A stretch of 64,000 nt of DNA from an uncultured Anaerolineales bacterium (lineage in GTDB: Bacteria > Chloroflexota > Anaerolineae > B4-G1): the NCBI GenBank assembly GCA_964551295.1, contig CAZKDJ010000003.1:510-64509 (forward strand), written 5' to 3'. Position numbers and translations under genes: made by a program. The notes below the pieces were generated by a model. That model made no database searches and had not been told where the DNA came from. It was given only the letters and a program-made list of their open reading frames with translations. Positions 35,836 to 45,631 of the stretch are shown here, in pieces (position 1 is the stretch's first letter; the number at the start of each line of letters is the position of its first letter).

Positions 35836-37035
35836 CTAGGCCACCATATCTGGATTCTCTGGCAGCGGCTTGGGTGACTTGGCCGCCTGGGTGATAAAAG
35901 ATTCGACGAGCGCGGCGATCTGTCTCGGCCCTCCCCTGGCCTCGCTGGTACTGACCACGACCATGTCCAAATCCGGCATCACGTAACATTGAGACGCAGG
36001 CGATTGAGCGGCATAAGCACCAAAACTGTGAATCCACCATTGGTAGCCAAAACCCAGACCACACATGGTTTTTGTGTATCTCTCATACGATGCGGTTACC
36101 CATTTCTCAGGAACGACCTGTTGTTCGTCCCAGATGCCGCTGTTCGAATACAAGAGCCCAAACTTGGCCAGATCTCGTGGCGTCAATTGAAGTGCCGTAG
36201 ACCCAGGGATGTCAGCAGAATCGGATTCCCAAACCACGTCAGAGATACCAAGTGGTCCAAAAAGATGCTCCTGGGCAAAAGACAAGATGTCTGTCCCCGT
36301 GGTTGCCTGTAGAATGGCGACTAGAAACTGCGGGTCTGGGCGAGCCCAGTGGAAAGTGCTTCCTGGATTCCCCATCAAGCGGGCATCGAGTGCCCGCTGA
36401 ATCCAGTCTGTGCTACCATCCCGTGTCCTCCCCAGGCCAGAAGTATTCGTCAAAAGATGCGCCAGCGTTATCGTGTCTTTGCTCGGGTCGCCATCGGCGG
36501 GGGTTTGTTCAGGGAAAAGGTCCAGAAGGCGCTGATCCACACCAGAGACGTAGCCTTCCTCGATGGCGATGCCCATCAGCGCGGAAGTAATGCTTCTGGT
36601 CGCGCAACCGAGCCGCCACTTGGTGTTTCTCTCAGCCGGATGAAAATGCGCCTCCAGCACGATGTAATTGTTGCGGGTGACCAGGAGGCTTTGGATGCCA
36701 GGAAACATTTGGTTCTGTTCCAAGACAAACTCGAGCATGCGCACCAGCAACTCGGAATCCACCCCTTGTTCCTCTGGGGTGGAGATCCGCCATTCATCGG
36801 TGGGCCAGTACGCCGATGGCGTAGGCTGAGGTGTAACTGTCGGTTCACTGGTCGGCGTAGGGGACGGTTGTAAGCGTGAGCGACATCCCACCAACATGCT
36901 CGCCGCTAATGCCATCTTGAGGAAATCACGCCGGCAGATTTTCGCCGCACAAGGTGTATCGCAGCAGTTATTTTCCTGTCCGCAGGCTTCTTCTCCCGGG
37001 CACGAGTTAATACATCCATCGTATGCTTCTGGCAT
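35836..37035 (-). CDS. beta-lactamase-fold serine-hydrolase family protein with a Cys-rich Tat-type signal. The SxxK catalytic motif is not evident, so it may be non-catalytic.
   Basis: AGGAG RBS 6 nt upstream of ATG 37035. N-terminus MPEAYDGCINSCPGEEACGQENNCCDTPCAAKICRRDFLKMALAASMLVGC; the remainder is class-C beta-lactamase / esterase-like. Confidence 0.7.
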   Translation of the reverse strand: MPEAYDGCINSCPGEEACGQENNCCDTPCAAKICRRDFLKMALAASMLVGCRSRLQPSPTPTSEPTVTPQPTPSAYWPTDEWRISTPEEQGVDSELLVRMLEFVLEQNQMFPGIQSLLVTRNNYIVLEAHFHPAERNTKWRLGCATRSITSALMGIAIEEGYVSGVDQRLLDLFPEQTPADGDPSKDTITLAHLLTNTSGLGRTRDGSTDWIQRALDARLMGNPGSTFHWARPDPQFLVAILQATTGTDILSFAQEHLFGPLGISDVVWESDSADIPGSTALQLTPRDLAKFGLLYSNSGIWDEQQVVPEKWVTASYERYTKTMCGLGFGYQWWIHSFGAYAAQSPASQCYVMPDLDMVVVSTSEARGGPRQIAALVESFITQAAKSPKPLPENPDMVA

Positions 37036-37060
37036 AGGTTTCTCCTTTCGATTACAAAGG

Positions 37061-37315
37061 TTATCTCGGTATGGAACGTCTACTCCACCAACGCCTCGGC
37101 GATGAGCCAGCCGAATCGCCGGGAGGTGTCTGTCCCAGATATTCACCCGTCAACACAACTTGGGTCGCTGCGCCCGGCGCGGTAGTAGGGAATGCTGTAG
37201 CCAATGACTCGGCAAGGGTTGGTGAAACAGTGGCGGGTGACGGCGTTGCCGTAGGGGCACACCCGGCGATCGAGAGCATCAGTGTTAGCAAAGCAAGTGT
37301 GTTCAAAGGTTTCAT
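37061..37315 (-). CDS. small putative lipoprotein (84 aa)
   Basis: Lipoprotein signal MKPLNTLALLTLMLSIAGC. Lower codon third-position GC than neighbours, so this is uncertain. Confidence 0.4.
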   Translation of the reverse strand: MKPLNTLALLTLMLSIAGCAPTATPSPATVSPTLAESLATAFPTTAPGAATQVVLTGEYLGQTPPGDSAGSSPRRWWSRRSIPR

Positions 37316-37503
37316 TTTATACTGCCCTCGCGACAGGCGATCAAAGTATTAGAATCCAACACAGTATACATTATGATGGATGGATTGTGGATAGCGAGTT
37401 GACAGGAAAACCGGGGGAATCGTCAAGCGTGCTCGAAATTTGCTGCAAAGGCGAATCTCTGTGCCCATTGCGTTCTTTGTGTCTTTGCGGTAAGATTGAG
37501 CGG

Positions 37504-38295
37504 ATGGCAGACGAAGGTTCACTCTCCCTGACGTACACGGGTTACTACGACGACGAGTGCCGTTCGGTGCGCGGCGTCGTGCCGGTCGAAGAAGAGATCG
37601 CACTGCACGTCAACGGCCGGCCGCTCGTGCGCCTGATGTGCACGCCGGTCCTGTTGGAGGAGCTGGCGCTGGGATTCCTGTTCAGCGAAGGGCTGATCGA
37701 AGGGATGAGCGACGTAGAGGAAGTGAAGATACTGGCGCTGCGCGATGGTCGGCGCTGGCTCGACGTGTGGCTGGGCTACGAGATCGAGCCGCCCAAGCTG
37801 CGCGCCATCACCTCCGGCTGCTCCGGCGGCACGACCTTTGAGAGCGCGGGCAGCCCGGTCGAGTCCGACCTGCGCGTCACGCCGCAGCAGGTGACGCACC
37901 TGGTAGCGGAGATGTCGCGTCGCGCCGAGCTTTACCACCGGGCAGGCGGTCTCCACGTGGCGGCGCTTGCGGAAGGGGATGGCCTGATTTGTGTGGCGGA
38001 GGACATCGGTCGCCACAACGCCGTCGACAAGGTGGCAGGCCACTGCCTGCGGCAGGGCCTGCCAATGGCGGATCGCGTGCTGCTCTCCAGCGGGCGTATC
38101 AGCTCCGAGGTGGTGAACAAAACTGCGCGGATGCAGGTGCCCGTCCTCATCTCCCGCACCTCCCCGACCTCCCTCGCCGTCCAACTGGCGCGGGCATGGC
38201 ACGTCACGCTGATCGGCTACACGCGGCGGCTCAGCTTTCGCGTCTACACCGACGAGTGGCGGCTCCTTGCGCCCGAGTGTTTCCCTGGGGATTAG
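37504..38295 (+). CDS. fdhD: formate dehydrogenase accessory sulfurtransferase FdhD
   Basis: EDIGRHNAVDK motif and the FdhD fold. The ORF-track extension from 37282 is rejected. Confidence 0.85.
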   Translation: MADEGSLSLTYTGYYDDECRSVRGVVPVEEEIALHVNGRPLVRLMCTPVLLEELALGFLFSEGLIEGMSDVEEVKILALRDGRRWLDVWLGYEIEPPKLRAITSGCSGGTTFESAGSPVESDLRVTPQQVTHLVAEMSRRAELYHRAGGLHVAALAEGDGLICVAEDIGRHNAVDKVAGHCLRQGLPMADRVLLSSGRISSEVVNKTARMQVPVLISRTSPTSLAVQLARAWHVTLIGYTRRLSFRVYTDEWRLLAPECFPGD

Positions 38296-38329
38296 CGCTG
38301 GCCCTGTAGGCCAGAAAATGTAGGTCACG

Positions 38330-38385
38330 CTATCAGTGACGGCACCCTCAGCGTCACGCTGGTAGCGTGACCTACGGGTCTTTTC
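38330..38385 (+). terminator. strong hairpin (GTAGGTCACGCT...AGCGTGACCTAC with a nested inner hairpin) followed by gggtctttt; probably the terminator of fdhD
   Basis: Read directly. Confidence 0.55.
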
Positions 38386-38396
38386 AGAGTGGGGAC

Positions 38397-38425
38397 TTGC
38401 CAGTCGCCATTCCATCGTGTAGAAT
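38397..38425 (+). promoter_or_regulatory. sigma70 promoter TTGCCA-17-TAGAAT for xpt-guaA
   Basis: Read directly; the ATG at 38458 is preceded by a gggggaaggaag RBS. Confidence 0.6.
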
Positions 38426-38457
38426 GGTGGAAATCTAGGGGGAAGGAAGAGATTATA

Positions 38458-39027
38458 ATGGACGAGCTTAAACGACGCATCCTGGCCGAAGGGCAGAATT
38501 TGGGTCAGGGTATTCTTAAGGTAGATAGTTTCCTCAACCACCAAGTCGATACGCACCTCATATTCAGGATTGGGCAGGAACTGGCCAGCCGCTTTGCCGA
38601 CGCCGGCGCGACGAAGGTTATGACCGCCGAGATTTCTGGCATCGCCCCGGCACTGGCGACGGCGCATGCGCTCGATGTGCCCGTCGTATACGCCCGCAAG
38701 ACGCGACCGGTCACCATGACGGGACCAGTCTTTGTCGAGGTCGCCCCCTCGCACACCAAGGGGGCGGATGCGTTCCTGATGGTGGCAGCCGAGTTCCTTG
38801 GGCCTGGGGATCGCGTGCTGGTGATCGACGATTTCCTAGCCTCGGGGTCGACGATCGACGCGCTGGTGCGACTGGTCGATCACGCCGGGGCGACGCTGGC
38901 GGGCATCGGCGCGGTGATCGAGAAGCGATTTGAACAAGGGCGCGAGGCGTTTGAGCACCTCAACGTGCCCATCGTGTCGCTGGCCGTCGTCGCCGACATG
39001 TCGGCAGGCAAGATCGTGTTGGAGTGA
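38458..39027 (+). CDS. xpt: xanthine phosphoribosyltransferase
   Basis: [31 protein letters not shown] and a PRPP-binding [13 protein letters not shown] motif. Confidence 0.9.
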   Translation: MDELKRRILAEGQNLGQGILKVDSFLNHQVDTHLIFRIGQELASRFADAGATKVMTAEISGIAPALATAHALDVPVVYARKTRPVTMTGPVFVEVAPSHTKGADAFLMVAAEFLGPGDRVLVIDDFLASGSTIDALVRLVDHAGATLAGIGAVIEKRFEQGREAFEHLNVPIVSLAVVADMSAGKIVLE

Positions 39028-40607
39028 CATTGAAGGACGCAATAGCCATTCTGGACTTTGGCTCGCAGTACACCCAATTGATCGCCCGCCGCGTGCGGGA
39101 AGCGCACGTCTACTGCGAGCTTTTTCCTTGGGATGCCCCAGCCGAGGACGTGCTGGCTTTGGCGCCACGGGGCTTTATCCTCTCCGGCGGTCCTGCCAGC
39201 GTCTATGCCTCCGACGCGCCCCACTTGCCCGCGTACGTGCTGGAGCGGGGTCTGCCTGTGCTGGGCATCTGCTACGGCATGCAGTTGCTGGCCTACCACC
39301 TGGGTGGCCACGTGGCCCGCGCCGAAAAGCGCGAGTACGGCCCGGCCGAGGTCGAGTTCGTCGGTCCGGAAGATCCCCTGCTTGGAAATCTCAAATCTCG
39401 AGCGCTCTCCGGTTGCCACTCAAATCTCAGCGTGTGGATGTCCCACGGTGACTCTATCGCAACCCCGCCGTCCGGCTTTGAGGTGCTGGCCCGCAGCGCC
39501 AACTCCCCTGTAGCGGCGATGGGTGACCTGGCGCGGGGATTCTACGGCCTCCAGTTTCACCCCGAGGTCGTGCACACTCAGCATGGCGACGAGATCCTGC
39601 GCAGCTTTGCCGTTGACGTCTGCGGCTGCGCGCCCGACTGGACGCCGGCCGCCTTCATCGAGCAGGCGGTGGCCGCGATCGGCGAGCAGGTGGGGGCCGG
39701 TCGCGTGGTGTGCGGGCTCAGCGGCGGGGTCGATTCCGCCGTGGCGGCGACGCTCGTGCACCGCGCCGTGGGCGATCAACTGACCTGCATCTTTGTCAAC
39801 CACGGGCTGCTACGCCGGGGCGAGCAGGAGCAGGTCGTGCGCGCCTTCCGCGACCGGGGGATGCACCTGGTGCCGGTGGATGCGACGGAAGAGTTCCTCG
39901 GCGCCCTCGCCGGCGTCACGGACCCCGAGCAGAAGCGGCGCATTATCGGCGAGCGGTTTGTCCGCATCTTTGAGCAGCAGGCGGCAAAACTGGATGACGG
40001 CGCAAGTCGCGTGCGGTTTCTGGCCCAGGGCACACTCTACCCCGACGTGATCGAAAGCGCGGCCACCGGGCGAGATGGTGCGGCTGTTATTAAGCATCAT
40101 CATAACGTGGGAGGATTGCCTAAGGACATGCAGTTTGAGTTGGTCGAACCGGTGAGAAATTTGTTCAAGGACGAGGTTCGACAGATTGGTAAAGTTCTGG
40201 GTCTGCCTCACGAGTTGATCGGGCGACACCCTTTCCCTGGCCCCGGACTAGCGGTGCGGATACCAGGCGAGATTACGTGGGAACGACTAGAGACGTTGCG
40301 AGACGCTGATGCGATCTTTCTCCAGGAGCTTGCGTCATCGGGTTGGTATGATCAAGTAGGACAAGCATTTGCCGTTTTGTTGCCTGAAGCCCTTTCGACA
40401 GGAGTGGCTGGGGATGAAAGCAGGTTCGGACAAACGATTGTGCTTAGAGCGGTCGAAACTGACGATTTCATGACCGCTTCGCCAGCTTTATTGCCCTACA
40501 CTCTACTAACCAAGGTGAGCACGCGTATTCTCAATGAAGTCGATGGTATCACGCGAGTAGTTTATGATCTTTCTACAAAGCCCCCCGCGACTATTGAGTG
40601 GCTTTAG
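39024..40607 (+). CDS. guaA: GMP synthase (glutamine-hydrolysing)
   Basis: GATase with catalytic Cys in GICYGMQ, and an ATP-PPase domain with SGGVDSAV; the C-terminus ...PPATIEWL is intact. Confidence 0.95.
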   Translation: MTLKDAIAILDFGSQYTQLIARRVREAHVYCELFPWDAPAEDVLALAPRGFILSGGPASVYASDAPHLPAYVLERGLPVLGICYGMQLLAYHLGGHVARAEKREYGPAEVEFVGPEDPLLGNLKSRALSGCHSNLSVWMSHGDSIATPPSGFEVLARSANSPVAAMGDLARGFYGLQFHPEVVHTQHGDEILRSFAVDVCGCAPDWTPAAFIEQAVAAIGEQVGAGRVVCGLSGGVDSAVAATLVHRAVGDQLTCIFVNHGLLRRGEQEQVVRAFRDRGMHLVPVDATEEFLGALAGVTDPEQKRRIIGERFVRIFEQQAAKLDDGASRVRFLAQGTLYPDVIESAATGRDGAAVIKHHHNVGGLPKDMQFELVEPVRNLFKDEVRQIGKVLGLPHELIGRHPFPGPGLAVRIPGEITWERLETLRDADAIFLQELASSGWYDQVGQAFAVLLPEALSTGVAGDESRFGQTIVLRAVETDDFMTASPALLPYTLLTKVSTRILNEVDGITRVVYDLSTKPPATIEWL

Positions 40608-41746
40608 GCAAGATCGCCGTTAGGCTGCAAAAAGGCATCCCAAATTGCCCGTTTGCGTGACAGGCAGGGCAAAACTCTGGAGTAGTACAGCCAAGGCAGT
40701 AAACGAAGGGATTTGCTCTTGCAATAGGAAAGCGCGGTAAACCTCTTGGTTGGGTAGTTGTAAAGGTGCCCCGCAATACCTGCCAACCGCTCCACAGTTT
40801 CTTGCAGCCACTCAATGAACGATGGGCTTGCAGAACCAATGATAACCACAAGGGCAGAAGATATGCAGCCATCGCCGTCAATACATCCCCGCAGGAAATC
40901 CCGGAAAAACTTATCTGGGATCTTTAGAGAGCTCATTGTTTTGCTCTTGGCAGGTGTAAGCCCTATGCTTTCTAAAAATGCACGGTAACTTGACAATGGC
41001 ACATTGTCAAGGTAATCTGAATCAGAGATGCGAACCTCGTAAGACCGAGTGCCCTGATACACGGGTGCCGAGGTCTGTAAGCAGTATTGATAGGCTTGAA
41101 TCAATTCGGTGTCCTTGGAAGTGAAGCTGACCAAGTTGGGATTTCTAGTAGACAGACATTCGTCAGCAGCGATTAATCCCACGGCATAGGCCAATTTTGG
41201 AGACCATTGTTGAAGTACTTTTCGTGGAACCAAGCACGTTGAAACGCTGCGTGGCCGTGCTTTGATTCCGTATTTTGCCATTTTGTCACCGATTGTCCGA
41301 CGGCTACAGCCGGTTCGTTTGGCAATCTCCTCCTGTGAGAGACCCTCTTGCCAATATAGACGCTCTAGCACTTCGCGGGAAATCTCAATCCTGTAGTAGT
41401 CACCCACATTTCGCCGAGCGATGTGATATTCTTGCATTCTATTGTCGATGGTGTTTTCATTGCACCCGAATTGGGCTGCTATCTCTTGCAGCGTCAATCG
41501 CTCGACGCAGTACAATTGCTCTAATTGTGCTTTGGATATGTCAACGCGCCCAACAGCACAAGGGTGACATAACCCCGTAAAGTTCTTCCGGTAAGTAGTG
41601 CTGGTGCATACCTCACGTATCTTTTTGCACTTGCCGCAGTAGACAGTTACACGCTTGCGGCCTTTGTCATCCGTGAATCTCTTTGACCAGAAAATGACTG
41701 AACCATTTGACAGGCGTTTGTCTTTTTTGAACGTGCTTTCTGTCAT
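40604..41746 (-). mobile_element. free-standing LAGLIDADG homing endonuclease with an N-terminal zinc ribbon and two sigma-r4-like HTH domains, in a low-GC islet
   Basis: LAGLIDADG motifs LAYAVGLIAADEC and FLRGCIDGDGCI. The local sequence is visibly AT-richer than the flanking genes. Confidence 0.8.
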
Positions 41747-41863
41747 CAGGTTACCTCCTGGTTTTCCTTAATTCTAGTTTACACCATAATCTAGTATTTG
41801 TCAATGTATTGCAATTGACAACCTCCATATTATCGGGTATCATTGCCCTGGGGGAAAGGTGCA

Positions 41864-42073
41864 ATGGTTGAAATCAGTCGCGTCCTGAATATCAGGCCCA
41901 CGGGACAAGTCCAACTCAACATCTCGGTGCGTGCCGAAATTGCCCAGGAGGTGGCCGACGCACTCGCCAGCCTGATGCGTTTGGAGGAGAACCTTGGGCG
42001 CAGCAAATCGGAGATCATCTGTGAAGCCATTATCGTTTACGCCGAGGCCAAACGAGCCTCGGGCCACGGTTAG
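41864..42073 (+). CDS. small hypothetical protein (possibly RHH-like)
   Basis: 70 aa starting at MVEISRV; preceded by an AT-rich region containing the inverted repeat TTGTCAA-N10-TTGACAA. Confidence 0.35.
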   Translation: MVEISRVLNIRPTGQVQLNISVRAEIAQEVADALASLMRLEENLGRSKSEIICEAIIVYAEAKRASGHG

Positions 42074-42087
42074 GAGGAAGTAGCGAG

Positions 42088-43059
42088 ATGGAACTGGGCT
42101 ACATTCTGCGCCGCGCGTGGCGTATCACCTCGGAACACAGGCGGCTGTGGGTTTTCGGCGGCCTGGTGAGCCTGGCGCTGATCGGCACGCGCCTGGGCGT
42201 GAGCGGCAGCCAATGGGAATTAGCTGCGCAGGAACTGCCGCCGGAGGTGCAGCAGCCTCTCACCACTTTCCTGGACGGCTCTCGTTCTACTACGGCGGCG
42301 GTGGTCTTGGTGGTGCTGGGGTTCGTCGGTGGCGTGGGCCTGGCGTTGCTGGGCAGCCTGGGGCGTGCGGGCCTGGTGCACCAGACGCGGGCTGCTGAGG
42401 CGTACGGCATCATCGTACTGAGGGGTGGCTGGCTGGCGGCCAAGCGCCACTTGTGGCGGGTGTTCATCATCCGTGTGCTCCTCGGATTGCCGGTGGGTGT
42501 GGTGGCGCTGCTCGGTCTGCTGCCAGGGATCGTGGCCCGGCTCTATTCTCTCAACCAGGAGGATTCCGGGATCGCGCTGCTGGGCGGAATTACCGAAGGG
42601 CTGCTGTGCATTACCTGCCTTGCACCTGCCGCGTGCGTGTCGGCGGTGCTCTCCATCCCGATTGGCGTGATGCAGCGGCTCGCCGTCCGGGCCTGCGTGC
42701 TGGAGAAGCTGGACGTACGCGTGAGCATCGCCCGTGCCTGGAACGTGCTGCGGGAGCACCTGGGTAGACTGGCGTTGATATGGTTGGCCCTTTTGGGCAT
42801 TGGCGTTGCCGTTGTGCTCGTGATCCTCGTGCCCTTTGCGCTGCTGTGGGTGCTGCTTTGGGCGGCGGCTAGACTGACGGTCGTTTACTCGTCGCTGCTG
42901 TCGCTTGGGCTGACGTTGGCCGTTGGGCTGCTGATGTGGCTGGCGGGCGTGGTCGGCGGCGGTGTGGCGGAGACCTTTTTCTCTGCTGCCTGGACGTTGG
43001 CCTATCGTGACCTGACCGGGATGGGGCGCACGGGGGCGGAGGCGGCCCTTGTCGCGTGA
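42088..43059 (+). CDS. hypothetical polytopic membrane protein
   Basis: 323 aa with at least 6 predicted TM helices; no homology recognised. Confidence 0.6.
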   Translation: MELGYILRRAWRITSEHRRLWVFGGLVSLALIGTRLGVSGSQWELAAQELPPEVQQPLTTFLDGSRSTTAAVVLVVLGFVGGVGLALLGSLGRAGLVHQTRAAEAYGIIVLRGGWLAAKRHLWRVFIIRVLLGLPVGVVALLGLLPGIVARLYSLNQEDSGIALLGGITEGLLCITCLAPAACVSAVLSIPIGVMQRLAVRACVLEKLDVRVSIARAWNVLREHLGRLALIWLALLGIGVAVVLVILVPFALLWVLLWAAARLTVVYSSLLSLGLTLAVGLLMWLAGVVGGGVAETFFSAAWTLAYRDLTGMGRTGAEAALVA

Positions 43060-43135
43060 GCCGTTTTTGCGCAGGTGCGAGGATAGCAGTATAATTTGAT
43101 GGCTGGTTTTCTTGATTGTGCCATAGCATCTGAAT

Positions 43136-45451
43136 ATGAACGTGTCCAAATCTAGCGAGTCTCAAACCAATCCTGCCGTCGGCACGCTGCGTGTCGTCGG
43201 TGGCGTGCGTCGAGATGCCGCACCCTGTGCGGTGGTGTTGACCCCGCCACCTCGGGCGGCGCGGGAGCGGGGAGGAGAGCAGCTTTTCGTCCTGCTCGAC
43301 CTGACCGGGCCGGCAGCGCTGCACCTGTATCGGGAGATGCGGGAGGTGGTGGCGCAGGAGTATTGGTTTGCCAGCGGCAGCGTCACTGCGGCCATGCGCC
43401 GGGCGGCCGCTGCGGCTAACCGGCACCTGTTCCAGTTTAACCTGCGGGCCACTTCGTCCAGGCGCTGCTATGGTGGTCTCGTGATGGCCGTGCTGCACGG
43501 CGAGGATATTTTCGTCCTCCACGCCGGCCCAGGTCGAACCTGCGTCCTGCACAGGAACCAGGTTGATTGCTTTCCCCGGGGCGAGCAGTTGCCTCATTTG
43601 GGCATGGGGGTGGTCGCCGACGTGCGCCTGTATCACGCCTTCGCGGCCCTCGGCGACACGCTGCTGCTGGCCTCGCCCTCTCTGGCGCAGGCGGCGGGCG
43701 ACGACGCGCTGGCCCGCGTGCTACCGCGGGCCAATCTGCACGGGGTGCTGACAGGATTGGAGCAGGTGGGGGCCGGGATTGACTTTACCGCGTTGGTGGC
43801 ACGTTTAGCCCCGCCGCCCGTCACCCCTTCAGTCGAGGCGCCTCGGCCTGCGGCTGTGTCGCGGGAAGCGGTGTCTCCCACGCCGCGGCGGCCGGAAAAA
43901 CCGGTCGCTCGCAAGGCCCCTTGGCAATCCATCAGCGCGCGGGTAACGGAGGGGTTGCAGAGCACGCATCCCCTGGAACGGCGTCCGCTCGCGCCGCGCG
44001 AGGTGCCGCCCCCTGCGTACAAGCCGAAACCGGTGCGCGAGCCACCCCGTGAGGCCGGACCTGGGCTGGGGGAGCGTGTGTTGGATGGCGCGCGTGTTGC
44101 GGGCAGCAAGCTGGGTGCGGGGGTGAAGAACGGCGCGCGCGCTGCAGGGCGCGGGATCGCTGCCGCCGGCGCGGCGTTGGTCGACGGGATCAAGGCGCTG
44201 TTCTGGCGCATGCTTCCGGGAGCCGACCGGCGCGCGCGGCAGCAGAAACACCCGCCGCGCTCCGTTCCCAAGGAAAACCGCACCGTGATGATGGCCATCG
44301 CCATCGGTATCCCCGTTCTGGTGGCGATCATCACCCTGCTTGTCTATCACACGCTGGGTGCAAGGGCGCAGTTCGAGGGCGTCAAGGCCCAAGTCGAGCG
44401 GGAGGCGCAGTTGGCGCTGACCAGCAGCGTCATCTCGGAGACGCGCGGGCATTGGGATGCCGTCCTGAAAAAAGCAGAGCGGGCCAACAAGTTGAGTCCT
44501 GGCGACGAGAGGATCGCCGAACTGCAGGAGCAGTCTCGCGCGGCCATTGACAATCTCGACGGCATCGTGCGCCTGGCGTTTGTCGAACTGGCGGATTTTG
44601 GCGCGGGTGATGTGCCACGGCGCATAGTCATTCACCGGCAGGCCGTCTTTGTCCTGGACCCGGCGGCCGGATGGGTGGCCCAGGTGAACTTTGAGCTGAC
44701 CGAAGACGGCATCATCTTGGGCCAGACGCCATCCACGTTGGTCAATACCGGCACGGAGATCGACGGGGGGGCAGTGGGCGACCTGGTGGATTTGGCGTGG
44801 GTCGAGGCCGGCAGCGGCCGGATGGCCAGCGGCCTGGCCATCCTCGAACAGGGCGGCGGCCTGGTCAACTATGATCCGGCCTGGGAGGGCGAGGGTGGGG
44901 AACCGCACCTGACGCGTTCCTTCCTGGACACCACGCCGAAGGCTCCCCGGGCGATCGATTCTTTCGAGGGGCGCCTTTACGTGCTCGATTCTGGTGAGGG
45001 GCAGGGCCAGGTCTGGCGCTACGACCCGCAGGGCGAGATCTATCCCGATCCCCCGGGCCACTATTTTGCCGTCGCCCCGGTCAGGCCGCTGGCGGATGCA
45101 GTCGATATGGCGATCGATGCCAACATCTACGTTCTCCATATCAATGGCACGAGCTACAAATACTTGACCGGCGAGTCCCAGCCCTTCGATACGAGTAGCG
45201 TCCCCGATGGCTTCAGCCAGCCGGTTGCCCTGGCCGTCGATCAGAATGGCAGCAGCGGTCGGGTGTACGTGGCCGATCGGGGTCACCGGCGTGTGGTCGT
45301 GCTGGAGGCCGACGGCGCTTTCCGTGCCCAATTCCGCGCCGACGAGGCATTCAACGCGTTGGAAGCGCTGGCCGTGGACGAGGCGGCGGGACGGGTCTAC
45401 GCGCTCAGCGGCGGGCGGCTCCTCGTGGCACCGCTACCCCTATTGCCGTAA
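43136..45451 (+). CDS. membrane protein with an N-terminal PPM/PP2C-like domain, a TM segment and C-terminal NHL-type beta-propeller repeats
   Basis: PP2C-like segment GGLVMAVLHGEDIFVLHAGPGRTCVLHRN; TM helix VMMAIAIGIPVLVAIITLLV; repeated YVLDSGEGQ / VYVADRGHRRVVVLE NHL-like blades. Confidence 0.6.
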   Translation: MNVSKSSESQTNPAVGTLRVVGGVRRDAAPCAVVLTPPPRAARERGGEQLFVLLDLTGPAALHLYREMREVVAQEYWFASGSVTAAMRRAAAAANRHLFQFNLRATSSRRCYGGLVMAVLHGEDIFVLHAGPGRTCVLHRNQVDCFPRGEQLPHLGMGVVADVRLYHAFAALGDTLLLASPSLAQAAGDDALARVLPRANLHGVLTGLEQVGAGIDFTALVARLAPPPVTPSVEAPRPAAVSREAVSPTPRRPEKPVARKAPWQSISARVTEGLQSTHPLERRPLAPREVPPPAYKPKPVREPPREAGPGLGERVLDGARVAGSKLGAGVKNGARAAGRGIAAAGAALVDGIKALFWRMLPGADRRARQQKHPPRSVPKENRTVMMAIAIGIPVLVAIITLLVYHTLGARAQFEGVKAQVEREAQLALTSSVISETRGHWDAVLKKAERANKLSPGDERIAELQEQSRAAIDNLDGIVRLAFVELADFGAGDVPRRIVIHRQAVFVLDPAAGWVAQVNFELTEDGIILGQTPSTLVNTGTEIDGGAVGDLVDLAWVEAGSGRMASGLAILEQGGGLVNYDPAWEGEGGEPHLTRSFLDTTPKAPRAIDSFEGRLYVLDSGEGQGQVWRYDPQGEIYPDPPGHYFAVAPVRPLADAVDMAIDANIYVLHINGTSYKYLTGESQPFDTSSVPDGFSQPVALAVDQNGSSGRVYVADRGHRRVVVLEADGAFRAQFRADEAFNALEALAVDEAAGRVYALSGGRLLVAPLPLLP

Positions 45452-45631
45452 TCGTGCTATAATGCCTCCCGCTTGTGGAATCACTTGGCAAAAATGGCTC
45501 GGCGTTTTCGGGCCGTTGATACGTGATGCGTGAAACGTGATTCTGAGGTTGATTTTACGCATCATGCATTACGTTTCACCGGTCTGGGCCACCGAGGGCG
45601 GTGGTAGTCTTGTTATCGTGAGGAGGACGTT

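Noticed and set aside
38296-38457. purine riboswitch upstream of xpt
   Set aside because: None of the conserved guanine-riboswitch junction or loop sequences are present; the region is explained by a terminator hairpin plus a sigma70 promoter.
43829-45331. 500-aa minus-strand ORF
   Set aside because: Antisense to the PP2C/NHL membrane-protein gene; Arg/Gly/Ala-rich low-complexity translation.
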